A DNA stretch of 63,228 bases, the filler included, from Cercozoa sp. M6MM (taxonomy: Eukaryota > Protista > Endomyxa: Ascetosporea), in NCBI GenBank assembly GCA_040357565.1. It is 8 parts of 8 records of this genome, joined end to end, with 100 filler letters (N's around TTAATTAATTAA, not from the genome) between each part and the next. Parts side by side here need not be neighbours in the genome. Positions count along the whole stretch, not along the records: positions 1 to 8,839 come from JBDODJ010000507.1; positions 8,940 to 12,524 come from JBDODJ010001392.1; positions 12,625 to 30,495 come from JBDODJ010000251.1; 5 more parts are not named here. One strand, given 5' to 3'. How positions within the stretch are numbered: position 1 is the first letter of the stretch; each line of letters opens with the position of its first letter. Both the position numbers and the translations under genes were made by a program. The notes beneath the pieces were generated by a model that saw nothing but the letters and a program-made list of their open reading frames with translations, was not told where the DNA came from and made no database searches. Below, one piece after another: positions 1-21,184 of this stretch.

Positions 1-483
1 CCCCCCCCCCACTCCATTGAAAGGCTCAGCCGGCTGACTGGACGAATTGAAAAAGAACCCCACCGACAAAATCCGTCGGGCAGTTCCAGAAAATACGAGC
101 TTGGGTCAAATTAGCCAAATACTGTTAAGACACCTGCATCCGCTCCGGCCTGACCCGCTCCCCTTCAGGTCTTCAACGCCACCGGCACACTCACGCATCG
201 TTTGCTTTGCGTGTGCCAATGTACAATTTCGACCAACGGCAGATGCAAATTTCCCTGTGTTAAGGAATCAGTCATTAGCGCCGTTCATAGGGATTTACAG
301 CCGGTGGTAACGTACTACTTTCAGTCACTTTTACAAAACAAAGAGGACAGAATTTATAGTCCGGTAGTTCGTTCAGTTCAGTTACAGCACAATACTAAAC
401 ACGATGTTTACATAATTTTATGCGATGCATGATCTAGCATCGCATCACTAGCGCCTGTTAATTGGTTAAATTAACGCCGTACT

Positions 484-2277
484 TCACTGACTAGACTTCC
501 AGAAACCGTGGTTCGGTGGTGTTGTACTGCGTGATGGAACTGCTCCGTTCCGAACTGTCAACAACACAACAAAGTTACTTCTTGTCTCAGCATCCTCGAT
601 ACTGTGTATACCTTGCAAAAAAGCATGTCGATGAGAAGACTCTTTTTGCTGTGCGAAGCGATGGTGCGATGCGTTGGCGCCGATCGGAGCAAGTGGAACT
701 CGGTGAAGCTGCTGTTGCGTGCGGTGGTTCGATGCACGTGGAGCAGCGATACTCGCGTGTGAAGGCATCAGCTGCGGAAAGTGCTGACTGCTGCTCCCAT
801 TGGAAGGGTACTGCGAATGCGACGTTTGTTGGTGCTTCTGAGACACCGGTTCACCGACGTGGTGAGCCTTGATGTCCGGCAAGTCGTACTCGCTCTTCTG
901 CGCTCCACGCGCCGACGTGAACACTTCTGCGCAGCGTAAATTGGTGAGCACTGCCAAAATACGCTCCCACTGTAGGATCGTACCTCCTTCACTTGGCTGC
1001 GAAAGTGCCAGCTGTTGACCCCAAGAGTCGCTCGCATGCTTTCCGTGATGGTAGGCCTTCACCGACATGGAAGACGCCACTGTGGGCGGACGCGCGTGTG
1101 TCAAGGGACGTGGAAGCATGGCATTCGCACGCAAGAAGGGATGGTCGAGACACTGTTGAATGGTGAGACGTTGCTCCGGGTCGAGGTTCAAGCAGCCTCG
1201 CAGGAACGCACGCGCTTGCGACGGCAGGTAGTTCGCAAATCTTTGCTCAAACGTGTTGATGCGAGCGCGCGAGTTTCCAATACACATGCTCTTGGCTCCA
1301 GACGATCGTACCTGTCTCTCCGGCAATGGTCCCAGTTCGCAGACTATCCTGTGCAGTTGATCAATATCGCTTTCGCCTGGGAAAAGTGGCTGACTGGTCG
1401 CCATCTCGACGAGCAAGCATCCGATCGCCCAAATCTACAGTATGGAGGGCGTATCTTGATAACCTCTAGGACGGTGCTCTGTGAAGTTCGTAGTTTAACC
1501 TACGTCGACAGGCTTGCCGTACTTTCCTGCGCCGATGAGCAACTCTGGCGCTCGATACCATCTCTTTGCACAGTTTTGTGAACTGAAAGCATAGGACACA
1601 AAAGACAAGTGTTTGGCCTAGAACCGTTGCAACGTAGTCAGTGAGAGGGCCACCCTTTGGTGAAACAGCACGCGCGAATCCAAAATCGCAAAGCTTGACT
1701 TCGTCGCGAGAAGACACAAGGATATTTTCCGGTTTCAAATCACGGTGCACAACTCCGCGACGATGACACCACGCAACTGCTCGGCACAGTTGCAAGACGA
1801 AGGATCTCACCCTTTCCAGCGGAATGCCGTGTGGATGCGCTTCGATGATTTCAAGAAGGTTGTGCTCAAGGTATTCAAGAACCAGGTAGATCTTGTTCCG
1901 TCTCCGGAAAGCCTCCTATTCAAAGCACCTCTGCGTAAACTGAAGAAGAGAACGTCAGGGAAACTGAAGCGAGTATTGCTGTGATCTAAGTTTATACTGT
2001 AATCTACCTTCAAAGCGACAATGTTGTCATGCCCTCGGAGAGCTCGAAGAAGCTTTAGCTCTCGGCTCACTTGCTTGGCGTTGTCCTCTCCTTGCCCTTC
2101 TTTCAGTTTTTTTATTGCCACGCATTCACCTGTTCTCGCACATCATTCTGTCACCATTGCGATTCAACACTGTAGCTTCAATCCCAGCCGTAGCTCACCT
2201 GTTCGCTTATGACGCGCTTTGTACACGATACCGTACGTTCCTTCGCCAATAACCTTCAACAAATCATATGGAAGCAT
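484..2277 (-). CDS. CDKL-family (cyclin-dependent kinase-like) Ser/Thr kinase, multi-exon
   Basis: Manual splicing over GT-AG introns gives [95 protein letters not shown]. The TDY activation loop and long disordered tail are typical of CDKLs. Confidence 0.9.
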
Positions 2278-2656
2278 GCGTCCGAGCTGGTGGCGTGCAC
2301 CGAGCCTGGTGGCTTAAAAAACGGACGCGAGCCTGACCGTCAAGTCCGTGACGTTTGCGCAGAAAGCAGAGCCTCTCTGCACGAGCTCACAGCACTCAAG
2401 CCTGGCCAGCTGTCGCAGGCTGCACTCGGTGCAGACACCATTGTTCGCGCACCAACCTTGGCATTACTGGCATTTGTCCCAGATTGAATTTGATGCCTGT
2501 CCACGCGGAAGGTCATCTGTGACTAGTTATAGCCGAGCGAGTTTGCTTTTTTAGAAGGACTCAAATTTGCATCCAATAGCAGTGCCTTGCTGTTGCCTAG
2601 AATTCATTGCGAGGAGCCTGCAGTTTGCTTGTGGCGTGGTTATTTTGCCGACCGCC

Positions 2657-3761
2657 ATGCCAGGCCTGCGCAAGAACTCGAAGAAGCGGCCGCGGACAGA
2701 GTTGCAAGAAAACACTCCGCTTGTTGTTCTCAAGGAGCTACCAAAGTGAACTTCCCAACAATTTCTTCTGGAACAGTCAGTTCCTGTTTTTGTGTGTTGC
2801 ATTGAGCGGGTTTGATTCAGTATGCTGTTCACATTGTCAGATACAGTACCTATGTAGACTACAAGTGCGCCGGGATGTGTGAGTTATTCCAAGATCACTC
2901 ATGCAGTTGATGCATCGAATCTTTCGCAGGCAAATTCATCATCTCGACGTACTGGAACAATTACGTCGCTCTTTCACGCTGGTTTACAAAAAGACATTGC
3001 TGGGAAATGAAAGAACTGCGAGGTCTGAGGCTCACACAACCATTCCAATGCACAGTGCAGCAGTTGCTCGCGAAAGTCAGACCCTCGTCACTCCAGCGAC
3101 GAAAGCCTTTGATGCTGATATCGTAGCGAACGAAAGACTCCTTCTTTTGATACGAAAGCAAGATGAAGGTAAGAAGACGTCTTCACTCTTCAGCCGATAC
3201 CTGAGGCTGAAGCCATTCAACTGTTGTACTGTAGTTTCATTTGAGTACCAACGTCATGAATTACGAGAATGCATCCGACAGATCGTTTTGCAGCAGCAGG
3301 AGAGCGAAAGCCCGTGCAGCATTGTTGTCGCAATCCGACTGCGTCAAAGCACGAACGGCGTTGCGTTGCGCTACATAGCCCAGAAGCTGCGCGATCTTTC
3401 ATCGTCGATTGTGTTCTGCACCGACAAGACACAAGTGGCGGAACTTGTTGAGATTTTGCATCGCTTCGACTCGAGCTTTGTCGCAGAGAAGCGTTCGCAG
3501 TACTCACGCGAGCTGCACCGCCACATGATCACGCGCACTCACTTTCTTCGCGTGCTGAGCTCGCTCAAGGCATTTACAAGGACCGACATTCCGGTGGTGC
3601 TCGAGCGCGCGCCATGCCTAGCAAAATTACCCAACCTAGTTTGCGACTCGGACGACCACATCGACACTGGCGCAGCTGACAGTGCGCAGAAGCGACTGCA
3701 CCCTCGAACGCAACGTGCGCTGGCGCACTTTTTTCAAGTTGCTCGGACCAACTCGCACTAA
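2657..3761 (+). CDS. hypothetical protein, possible degenerate ERCC4 + helix-hairpin-helix (ERCC1/FAAP24/SPO16-like)
   Basis: Basic N-terminus (MPGLRKNSKKRPR) and short GT-AG introns. The 3' ORF has an alpha/beta segment followed by LRVLSSLKAFTRTDIPVVLERAPCLAKL...RTQRALAHFF, reminiscent of XPF-family HhH2. Resemblance judged by eye only. Confidence 0.4.
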
Positions 3762-3922
3762 TGTTTCCCTGCCAGTGACTACGTTACGTTGACTCAGGGT
3801 GCGCGACGTACTGGACTCGGAAACTGTCGTGTTTTAAGTTAGCATCCGACTGATGTCAGGTACTTTGCAGCATGGTGGCTTCCGTTCCAGAGCGGTGTAC
3901 GACACGCCACCGACGGATTGAA

Positions 3923-4941
3923 TTAAATAAAGAAAAGAAGCGGCAGCATGCCGACAGCGCAGCCAACCGACACTACGTAACGTCACGCCAACACAGAAAA
4001 CACACACACACACATGTACAGTGGCAGATTGAGTCAACCGAACTGAGGACCCAACGGTACCGCCACCAACGGAGCCGACAAGCCGTGCGTTGCGCACCGA
4101 CTGCAGCTTTGACTGCGCCGGCGTCAAGTGCGGGTCGGGCAAGCCGAGCTTCTGCGCCGTGCGCTCAATGAAACTAAACGAAACTGGTAACAGCACAAAA
4201 GAGAAAAAAAAAAGAAACTCAGTTAATACTATGGCCGGGAATACCCGCCCAATGAGACACCGAACACGTCGGAAAACACGTTGCCGACAGCAGCGGCCGC
4301 CATTGTCGACAGACCGAACTTGGCCCCAACCTTTGCGTTTTCCAAACACACACGTCAATCGAGACAACACACAACATAGAGACAGACACATAGATACAGA
4401 CACAGACACATAGATACAGACACAGACACAGACACAGACACAGACACAGACACAGACACAGACACGCAAAGAAAGTTACCGTCATGTCGACAGCTTCGCC
4501 GAACGTGATCAAAAGAATGTTGTCGAACAAACCAAAGCCAAAGAAGGGCACGGCTTGCTGCAACGAAGTGAGTCGCAACTGCTGCGAAGTCACTGTAGCC
4601 TCACTGCTTTCAGTTTCGACCTGATCCAAGGAAGCCTGCTGCTGCAATTGATCGCCGCCGTGTCGAAACCACTGACCGAACTCTTGCGGCGACAGCTTGC
4701 CGTCCTTGTCGACGTCAGCGCGTGCGAACTCTCGCTCGAACAACGAGTTGTCACTTTCGCTGGACTCTTGTTGCGAAAGCTGCCGCGACAGCAGCACAAA
4801 GAGTCGGCGCTTCGTCTCTTCGTCCAATGACTGCGTCAGTTCTCGCAGCGAGTTGTCGTCGCTTTGAGCCTGCGCTGCGAACGCGCGTGACACCACTCGC
4901 CTTTGTCTGCGCAGTGATCGGCGTGCGAGAGCCCCCAACAT
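3923..4941 (-). CDS. TMEM65: TMEM65-family mitochondrial membrane protein with N-terminal EF-hand
   Basis: Arg-rich transit-like N-terminus; EF loop DVDKDGKLSPQEF; TMEM65 motifs QAVPFFGFGLFDNILLITFGEAVD, GLSTMAAAAVGNVFSD, AQKLGLPDPHLTPAQ and VGCAVGMLPL*. Confidence 0.85.
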
Positions 4942-5140
4942 TGATCTTTACGGGCCAAGCGACAATAATCAAACTCCCGGGTGTCGCAGCACACCCCAAA
5001 ACCGCCGTAAGCACAAGGAACGTGCAAGCACTGTGTTTCTTTTATTTTTGACGTGACATTGACCGTTCGGTGTGCATTTAAACCCAACACCCACATAGGT
5101 GTGGTGGATCTGCGACATTAAGTCTGCAGATACAGTCAGA

Positions 5141-7558
5141 ATGCCCCGATCGCTCCTAAGTGTAGTTCTGGCAATTTTGAGTTCGCTCGCGCTGGCTTTT
5201 GAGTCGGCGCGGCGGGTGCGTTTTTCGCGACTCAGCGAATTGGCGGATTTGGCGTTCGACGGAAACTTTGCCGATGCGACGATTTTCGAGGTACGTCGGG
5301 AGAATGTTCTGTGTGTTTTCCCAGTGATCTCCTTGTTTCCGACAGGCCAGGGGAGAGCCGCTGGTGATCACGGACTGGGACACGTCGGCCGCCGCGTTCG
5401 CCGCGTGGAGTGACCCTCTGTTCTGGCGCGCTCGCATGCGAAAACAGCGGCGACACGAGCAGCGCGAAAAACTGTCGGCTTCGATCAAAATTCTGCCGCG
5501 AAGCCAGCCGCAACCGAACGAGCTCGCGTTCGCCTGGGCATGCTGCCGCAGCTTCGAGGTCTCGCCCTCCGACGCGGTGGACTTTCTGCTCAACGAGGCC
5601 GAGAAACGAAATGTTTGTGCCATCGCCACTGCTCCGGTAAAGCTTTGCTTCCATCGCTTTGACATGGCAAAGCTTTAGTTTCGAAAATAGCTTTGCTTTG
5701 AAATCGAAGCTTTGCTTTGGTCTATGATTTCTGGTAGCTCGATTTCGGACCAGATCAGCTAGGTGACATGCTCGAGGATGCCTTGCCTCGAACCTTGCCT
5801 TCTTTCGTTTGTACGTTCGCAGTGCTTTCATTGTTGTTGTAAGTGAACGCTGCTGCGCGGCAGATGAGCAAGCGAAACTAAAGAAAACACCGTCACCTCA
5901 AACTCAACTGTAACAACGTTTGGACATTCTTTTCTATAAAATTGAAGGAATCGAGTTTTGCTGGTTTGCAGGTGGGCAAGCACTGCTGGTACTTTCAAAA
6001 TAAATGAAAGCAGACTTGGTCAGACTCGACTAATCGAAAAACAGGCCCGGTGACGCCGTTGCACTACGACGCATACCACAACTTCTTCTTCGTTACCGTG
6101 GGAGGTCCGAAAGAGTTCGCACTGGTTGCTCCGCGTCACTGGCCGCTCGCTTCGGTAGCTCTCCCTTGCTTTCGCTTTGGACAGCTTCGGGAACGCTTTC
6201 GCTTCGATCGCTTTGGCTTTGTTTTGAAAATTCCGCTTCAAAGCTTTGGTTCGACTTCAATGCAGCTTTTCTCGATGGGTTTGTGTTGTTTGTTGTGCGC
6301 AGTTGTACCCGCACAATCACGTAGCGTACCGACAGTCGCATTTTCGCGGGTTGAACGAAAATCTGAGTGCAATGGCGATGCTGAGACACTTTGAAAAAAC
6401 CACCGGTGTCACCGAAGGCACTCTGCACGTGCAGCTTCGCAAAGGCGAAGCACTCTACATGCCTCCTTTCTGGCTGCACCACGTCACCTCAGTCGTAAAT
6501 GTTTTCCAGTCGCTCTCATTTTCTTTTGCTTGAGTTCGCAAGCTGAGACGGCAAAGCTTTGTCGGGTTTGAGCAGGAAGCGACAATTGCAATCGCTTCGT
6601 GGACGTCGTCGGCGCGCTTCGAAGTCTCCAACAGCGCTTTCGCCGCCAAGCTGCCGAAAGAAGTGCTTCGCGAAGCGAGCGACGTCGAGACGCAGCTGCG
6701 GCGTCGAAGTGGGCCGCCGAATGAACTCGAAATCGAAGTGCTTCGCGTGTTCGTGTCGAGTCTGATCGAAGCGCTTCTTGCTGCGAAAAATGAAGCGTCG
6801 CTCAGTCGCTTCGTTGACAACGTCGCGAGTAGACTTGAAGCTGTAACTTTCGACGACGAGGATGAGCGCAGAGGCGAGCCCGACTGGCTCGAAGCTTCTC
6901 GCGACGCTCCCTTCGCCTTCAACGCGCAAAGCAACGAAGTCATCGATCATGCCGAGCTGCGCGAACGCGTGGATCGCAATCGCTTCGATCCGAGCGAAGT
7001 CGCTGCGCTCTCGCGTCGCATTCACCGCGTGTGTGCCAAAGCTTCGCGCGGAAACACGCAACTCAGCGCGAAGCGAGTGACGCAAGTGCGCGAAATCGCC
7101 GAGTCGCTCGTTGCGACAGCGTTTCCTGTCGATAACTTTGACGTGCATCGCAAGGTAGTTTCATTTTTCTTTTGTTTGCTTTCATTGCTTTCGCAGCTTG
7201 CACAGCTTTGACTTGTTTCAAGTTTGACATCTTTGTTTTATAACTTTGTTTTGGAAGCTTTGTTTCAAACTTATTCGAAACAAGCTTTGTTTCGCAGAGA
7301 CCCGGGAGCGAAGAAGACAGCCAAGCAGTGCGCGAACTGCTACTAGCGAGCTACGTCGAGATTCTGCTCGGCGCCGTCGTTGACGAAAGCAACATTGTCT
7401 TGTTCTTGCGTCAGTGCGTCGTCAGCTCGCAAAACGTGAAAGACACTTCGGGTGTCGAACTGGAACTCCAGGAACTTCGAATCCAAGAAGACGAAGAGTC
7501 GGAGGAGGATTTAGAGCCGGCTCTGCCACCTGAGCCGTGCTTGCACGATGAACTGTAG
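5141..7558 (+). CDS. JmjC/cupin-like Fe(II)-2OG oxygenase with signal peptide and C-terminal HDEL
   Basis: Signal peptide MPRSLLSVVLAILSSLALA; EPLVITDW, TPLHYDAYHNFF, GPKEFAL, LRKGEALYMPPFWLHHV (HxD...H triad); ends EPCLHDEL*. Confidence 0.82.
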
Positions 7559-7751
7559 TGAAATTGAAGTGACTCCGATGCGCAGTGAGCGGTTAGGGTT
7601 ACAGCACGCGACGGACCGGTCAATTTAGAGTTCGCTCAGTTCGTTGTCCGGTCAGGTCCGGTCAGTCGAGTTAAGATATACACGATCGGATATAATCAAT
7701 TGAATTTGGCTTGTCTTCCGCGCGGCTGACGAACTGAACTGACTGGAACAA

Positions 7752-8813
7752 TCACACGTAGGCGAGATCGAACGTGTTCGAGCACCAGTCGTCGTCGCAG
7801 CACACACAGCGGAATCGCTAAGAAAACACACACAGCGAGAATTCAGTTGTCGTTTCTGGAATTAAAAATGCTAATGGGTGCACTACCTCATCGAACCATT
7901 TGAGCAGTTTCTTGCCGCTACCGCAGCAGCAGAAGATTCCGTACAGCAGGACTGTGTGTCAAACGCACACACACGCACACACATTAGTTTTGGAGGCAAG
8001 AGTTTTGGAAGCAAGCGGGCGAAAAAAGGAGTCAAAAAAGACGGAGCTTACTGCCAACGAGGTAGAGGGCGAGACCGGCGGCGCCAAAGGCCAGCAGCAG
8101 CGGTCCACCCACGAAAAAGATAACCAGGAGCCAGAAGAAAAAGTAGCAACTCCGCAGGGCTGCACAGACACAACATAAACATGTTAAGTTAAAAACGTGT
8201 TTAAGGCTGCGATTAGGTGAGTGTGTAAGAAAGACAGTACGGCCAGGACAGCAGGAAGGCGGTACGCACGGCATGCTCTGTCCGCCGGGACAGCCGTAGA
8301 TGAGGTTCTTGCAGGTCACCTCGAAGTGGTCGTACGTGTAGTGTCGCCGGCACAGCCAGCAGAACTCGTAGCCACACGCACCACATGCTGCGCACCAGGG
8401 GGGGGGGGGGGGGGAAAGAGGGGGGTAAAGAGATACAGAGTGGGTGAATGCAACGCACTCATGTGGTTGCAGCCGCCGTTCTTCACAATGGCGTGGCGGC
8501 AGCGCGGACAGCGCTGAGCGTTTCGCAGTGCGAGAAACGTGGCTACACCGCGGTCCGAGTTGCGACAGCGTTTCACTGGACACAGACACCGGTACAGGAC
8601 AAACACAAGGACAGGGACAGGGACAGGACAGACACAAGGACAGGACAGGACAGGACAGGACAGGGTACAGTAGCCATGCCACTCCTGTCCACAGCCAAAG
8701 CAGATGGCCGTGTCGCACTCGGCGCACCGCAGTCGCCGCAGTCGCGAGCTGCCGATCACGAAGCCGTCGCAGCCTGGCTTGGGACACCAGCGCGCATTCT
8801 TGTTCAACGCCAC
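7752..8813 (-). CDS. RBR (RING-IBR-RING) E3 ubiquitin ligase, 3' part, with C-terminal hydrophobic segment
   Basis: [24 protein letters not shown]; RING2 [29 protein letters not shown]; then [30 protein letters not shown]. 5' end cut by the contig end. Confidence 0.88.
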
Positions 8814-8839
8814 CTGCCCGGAAGGGGGGGTAGTAAATA

Positions 8840-8939
8840 NNNNNNNNNNNNNNNNNNNNNNNNNNNNNNNNNNNNNNNNNNNNTTAATTAATTAANNNNN
8901 NNNNNNNNNNNNNNNNNNNNNNNNNNNNNNNNNNNNNNN
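8840..8939. other. artificial contig linker (N44-TTAATTAATTAA-N44)
   Basis: Identical 100-nt spacer with stops in all six frames recurs at 12525-12624, 30496-30595, 38844-38943, 41887-41986, 48521-48620 and 62003-62102. Confidence 0.97.
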
Positions 8940-8985
<46 letters not shown>

Positions 8986-8987
<2 letters not shown>

Positions 8988-10281
8988 CGTACCGGGTCGC
9001 TGCCCTGCTCGTGCGTGCCAGCCTCAAAGGGCCGAATTTGCACGGGACGTGCTTTGATGCTAGCAAGTGCTTCGAGAGCCTCTCTAAGCACTTCTTCGTT
9101 TGAGAACTCTCGCAGTAGCTGTCTGCGGTCACCACGTCGCCGGAGCGATACGACATGCGACAGCACACGCTGCTCGGTACTGTGCTTGCGCTGCCCAACG
9201 CTGTCGAGAGAGAAGGCGACATATTTGCCAAGGACGTATTTCTTCTCAATGTTCGCAATTTCGCTCTCGCTCAGCGGACGACTGCGATCTCGACCACGGT
9301 CTCGACTGCGACTGCGACTGGGACGGCGACGGCGACTGCGACTGGGACTGTGACTGGGACTACGGTGACGTCTCCGACGTTTGCTGTTTGGACTGGAGCT
9401 GCGACTGCGACTGCGACTGCGCGTTTCTGCCAGATTGCGGGTCTGACTGTGACTGCGACTCAGTTTGCCTGTGCTCTGACTTCGACGGTGACTGTAAATG
9501 GTGGAGGTGATATGTTTTAAATCTTCTCGCGATACAGCGACAGTGGCTGCCAGTTGCAACTGCCTGTCGTACGATCCGCTACAAAACAAAACAAACTCGC
9601 TCTCTGCTTGAGGACGACAGTCGCAAGCTCATCCAGGAATGCCAGACATGGGGTTACTGGGAAGGTACCACACAACATGAGCTCCGCGCTGTCTTAGTGA
9701 GGAGACAGTTGCCGCCAGCGAAGCGTCGTTTGACAGCAACAACACTTTGTCTTTCGAGCTCAAGGCTCGCAAGCGACTGCGCAGCGACTACTAACAGAGA
9801 CATCAATATCGATCGGACTGGTTTACAAGGACAAACTGTACCGGGTTCGCGTCCACTGGAAAACACTCCACCTGCCGTATCTTGTACTGAGAAGTCACAG
9901 CGCGCATGTTCAGTACCGAGAAGTCAGCTTGCTTCAAGTCCTACAGCACGACGCAAATCCCACAATTCAAAATTCTCTCCAAAAAACGACACCACAGGGA
10001 CAAGCTACCACAAGCAGTAACATTGGCGCAGTAACCGCGTGCTATTGCTGTGTCGCAAAGCACAAACAGCACAAAAAGTTTGTATATCCAGTATTTTGCT
10101 GGCCCATGATACATAAAAATACAAATAATTTGGTCAGCTCGGTTAGGTAGTTTGGTGCGCTGTTAAATATCACGATGTAACTGATCTTGCTCAGTTTCAA
10201 CAAGGGGAATGTTGAGCCATATGCATCTATAACGATATTTGTCCGAGGGCCCCCTCCGCTTGCGGACGCGCGGGCCACCAT
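8986..10281 (-). CDS. hypothetical protein with Arg/Ser-rich low-complexity region, 3' truncated
   Basis: Exon with RSRSRSRSSSPNSKRRRRHRSPSHSPSRSRRRRPSRSRSRDRGRDRSR; upstream exons bounded by GT-AG; start codon uncertain. Confidence 0.5.
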
Positions 10282-10357
10282 GATTTCACTGGAATCTGAC
10301 TCCTTTTATTTTTTGCGTTTGCCAACTATGATACCCGATCACAGGCACGGCCCGTGA

Positions 10358-12311
10358 CTATGAGTTCTCCAGGATGTGTTGCTTGCGCTTTGCTAGCTCC
10401 GCTTGGGACATGACACCAGTTCGCTGCAAAAAAAAAAATCATGATCAATTGCTGAGTCAATGTATGAAGGGGTTTTACGGTGACGTAGCTTTCGACTCGG
10501 TTCCATGCCACTTGCGCAGACGGTCGCTTCTGCAGCAGCAAAAACACAGGAATACCCATGCAGATGCTAATAGACCAATGAAATCCAAACATACCGACTC
10601 GACAATATCGGCGAAGTCGGCAAGCAGGAGCTGCAAATGCGCGCGCTCAGCCTTAGCGACAGCCTCGGTCACCGCAGCACTCAACTGAACTGGCACTGGC
10701 ACGCACATACCTAAGACAAAGTTAACCGAGTCAAGGAAAGCACGTGTACGTTCAAAGTTGTCGCTTAGATGTCCCAAGTGCTGCACAAGTCGCTCGGCTT
10801 TGCTCGCCTACAAGAAACGCACACATACACATCCAACACAGTGTGACATCAACACACGCAACGAAACCTTGTCATAAAATCGCAGTGTCCGGATGTCAGT
10901 TTGGTCGAACTGCAGGCACCTTTGCACCTGCTCTACGTATCCAGAAGCATGCAAAAATTAAAGGCACACATGTAAACACATGTACAGACACACAGACACA
11001 AATCCAGCGCATAAAGTAAGCTAATACCAGAGTAGCCAGCGCAGAAAGCTTCGTCGAACTTGAGCAAGGCATAAGCGACGCTTTCGTCGCTTTGCAGAGT
11101 CGCACGTGCCTACGTGCGTGTGTATTTGTTTTTGTGTACCCGCTGCACCCCTCCCCTGCGAACAGCAGGCACACGAGTAGACTACCTTTGCGCAGAAACC
11201 GTGCAGCTCGTCGAGCTGCTTCGCGTGCAAACGCTGCTGCTTGGCCAGTCTCTGTGCATCACGGCAGTAGCACACACACACACATACACACACGCGCGCG
11301 ATCGGTATAGGCATGTACTCTACCGTGAGAACGCCAATGTATTGAGAAATGCACTGCGCCCTTGTCGCCTCAATTTCGGTACCTGAAAGTTAATGTGGAT
11401 AGAGTTTGCAAAGGCAGAGAACAAGAAGCTTTAATCATCATATCATTACGAAAGAATGTACTCAGAGAGGTATCGAGCTTCGCAACTTCGTTCTCAAACT
11501 CGGCCTGTGAACAAAGACACAAATCACTACTACAAACACAGGCACACCAGCGGAAAGCAGCGTACGAGGTAGCGCTCACAATGCCTGCGTTGTTGTTCGG
11601 GTCGAAAGTACATTGACAGCGGCGGTCGGCACTGCTGGCCCAGTGCGCCCAATGTCAGCAACTCCTGGTTTCCTACCCAAAGCGCACATTTCGACGAATG
11701 CAAATGCACTCAATACGAGGTCGGAGATACCGAGATAGAGGCCGTAGAGCGGGTTGTGAAACCGCGTTTCGTACAGCAAGTACGCCATGCCCAGCGCTGT
11801 CGACGCACGTGTGGCCATCACCTGCAGACGTACATACTTGCCGCCACAAAGTTTGCGTTAGAGGGCCCGGTACCATCATGCGGGAGCGGCGTAGACTCGC
11901 CTGCAAAAGCGCTTGCCGCTCAGCCTCGGTGGTCGGACGCGCCGGCAGAGCCTTGGCCTTCATCGCCGCTCTCTCCTACAGAAGACAAGACAGATAGTGG
12001 ACCTGTAGAACGTTGAGTGGAGTAGCCCGAGTACGTTGAGAATTGCGGCGGTCACACCCATGCCTGTTGATTTTCACCGACCAGAAAAATACGAATTGAC
12101 TCCACATCGGGAGAAGAGCAACAGTGCGATTTGGGTTACCAAGACCAAAGATGACAGGAACTGCCACTCGCTGCAAAATAGGCACTAGCACGGGCCACAA
12201 CTGCAAGCAACCAAACAATTTTGCAGAGCACAAAAAGCGAAACCCGGTAAAACGACTCACATGGCGTCGCTGTGCATGTACGCGGCGCGCTGAGCGTACC
12301 ACCGGTAGCAT
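10358..12311 (-). CDS. multi-exon hypothetical protein, possible mitochondrial targeting
   Basis: More than ten short exons splice in frame (RRHCERYL|AEFENEVAKLDTSL|STEIEATRAQC...KRKQHILENS*); N-terminus MLPVVRSARRVHAQRRH. Confidence 0.55.
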
Positions 12312-12624
12312 TTGTAAAACGCACACGGTCACACACAGTAAAGTGGCAGATTAGTGAATTCAGTCTGCCAGGTTGATGTATTGTGCAGTTGTTTTCCGGT
12401 TTTAATTTCGTCGGCGTGAATTTAGTGTTGCACGGGGCGACTCGTGGCGCGCGTGTCTGTCGTATTGTCGTCGAGAATTTTGTGAGACAGCAGTGGCGCG
12501 GTCGCCAATTTTGTGAGACAGCAGNNNNNNNNNNNNNNNNNNNNNNNNNNNNNNNNNNNNNNNNNNNNTTAATTAATTAANNNNNNNNNNNNNNNNNNNN
12601 NNNNNNNNNNNNNNNNNNNNNNNN

Positions 12625-20464
<7,840 letters not shown>

Positions 20465-20510
20465 GTGCTTCACTCTCTGCCATGCGTTGTCTGCCTTTAT
20501 TATGTAAGAA

Positions 20511-21043
<533 letters not shown>

Positions 21044-21076
21044 TGTGTGCATGTGTGCATGTGTGATGTCCCACAG

Positions 21077-21184
21077 CAAGCAGTGCCGGGCATCAATGTA
21101 TTCGCCGCGTCGCGCGAAGATCTCCAGCAGTTCGTCGGACTGCTCATGGCTCGCATCTCGGCGCTTGAGAACGCACGCAAATAG
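21077..21184 (+). CDS. terminal exon of an unidentified gene
   Basis: cag acceptor after (TG)n, then QAVPGINVFAASREDLQQFVGLLMARISALENARK*; not a post-SET sequence. Confidence 0.5.
   Translation, partial: QAVPGINVFAASREDLQQFVGLLMARISALENARK

Noticed and set aside
3772-3799. Partial match to the reverse complement of about 48347-48376 (shared TGACTCAGGG)
   Set aside because: Short, imperfect similarity within chance expectation for 63 kb.
7591-7601. GGTTAGGGTTA as a telomerase RNA template or telomere seed
   Set aside because: A single 11-nt match just downstream of a stop codon, with no supporting promoter or structure.
8884-8895. Recurrent palindromic TTAATTAATTAA as a biological motif
   Set aside because: Always centred in exactly 44+44 Ns; it is an artificial six-frame-stop linker. 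Gene neighbourhood across linkers is meaningless.
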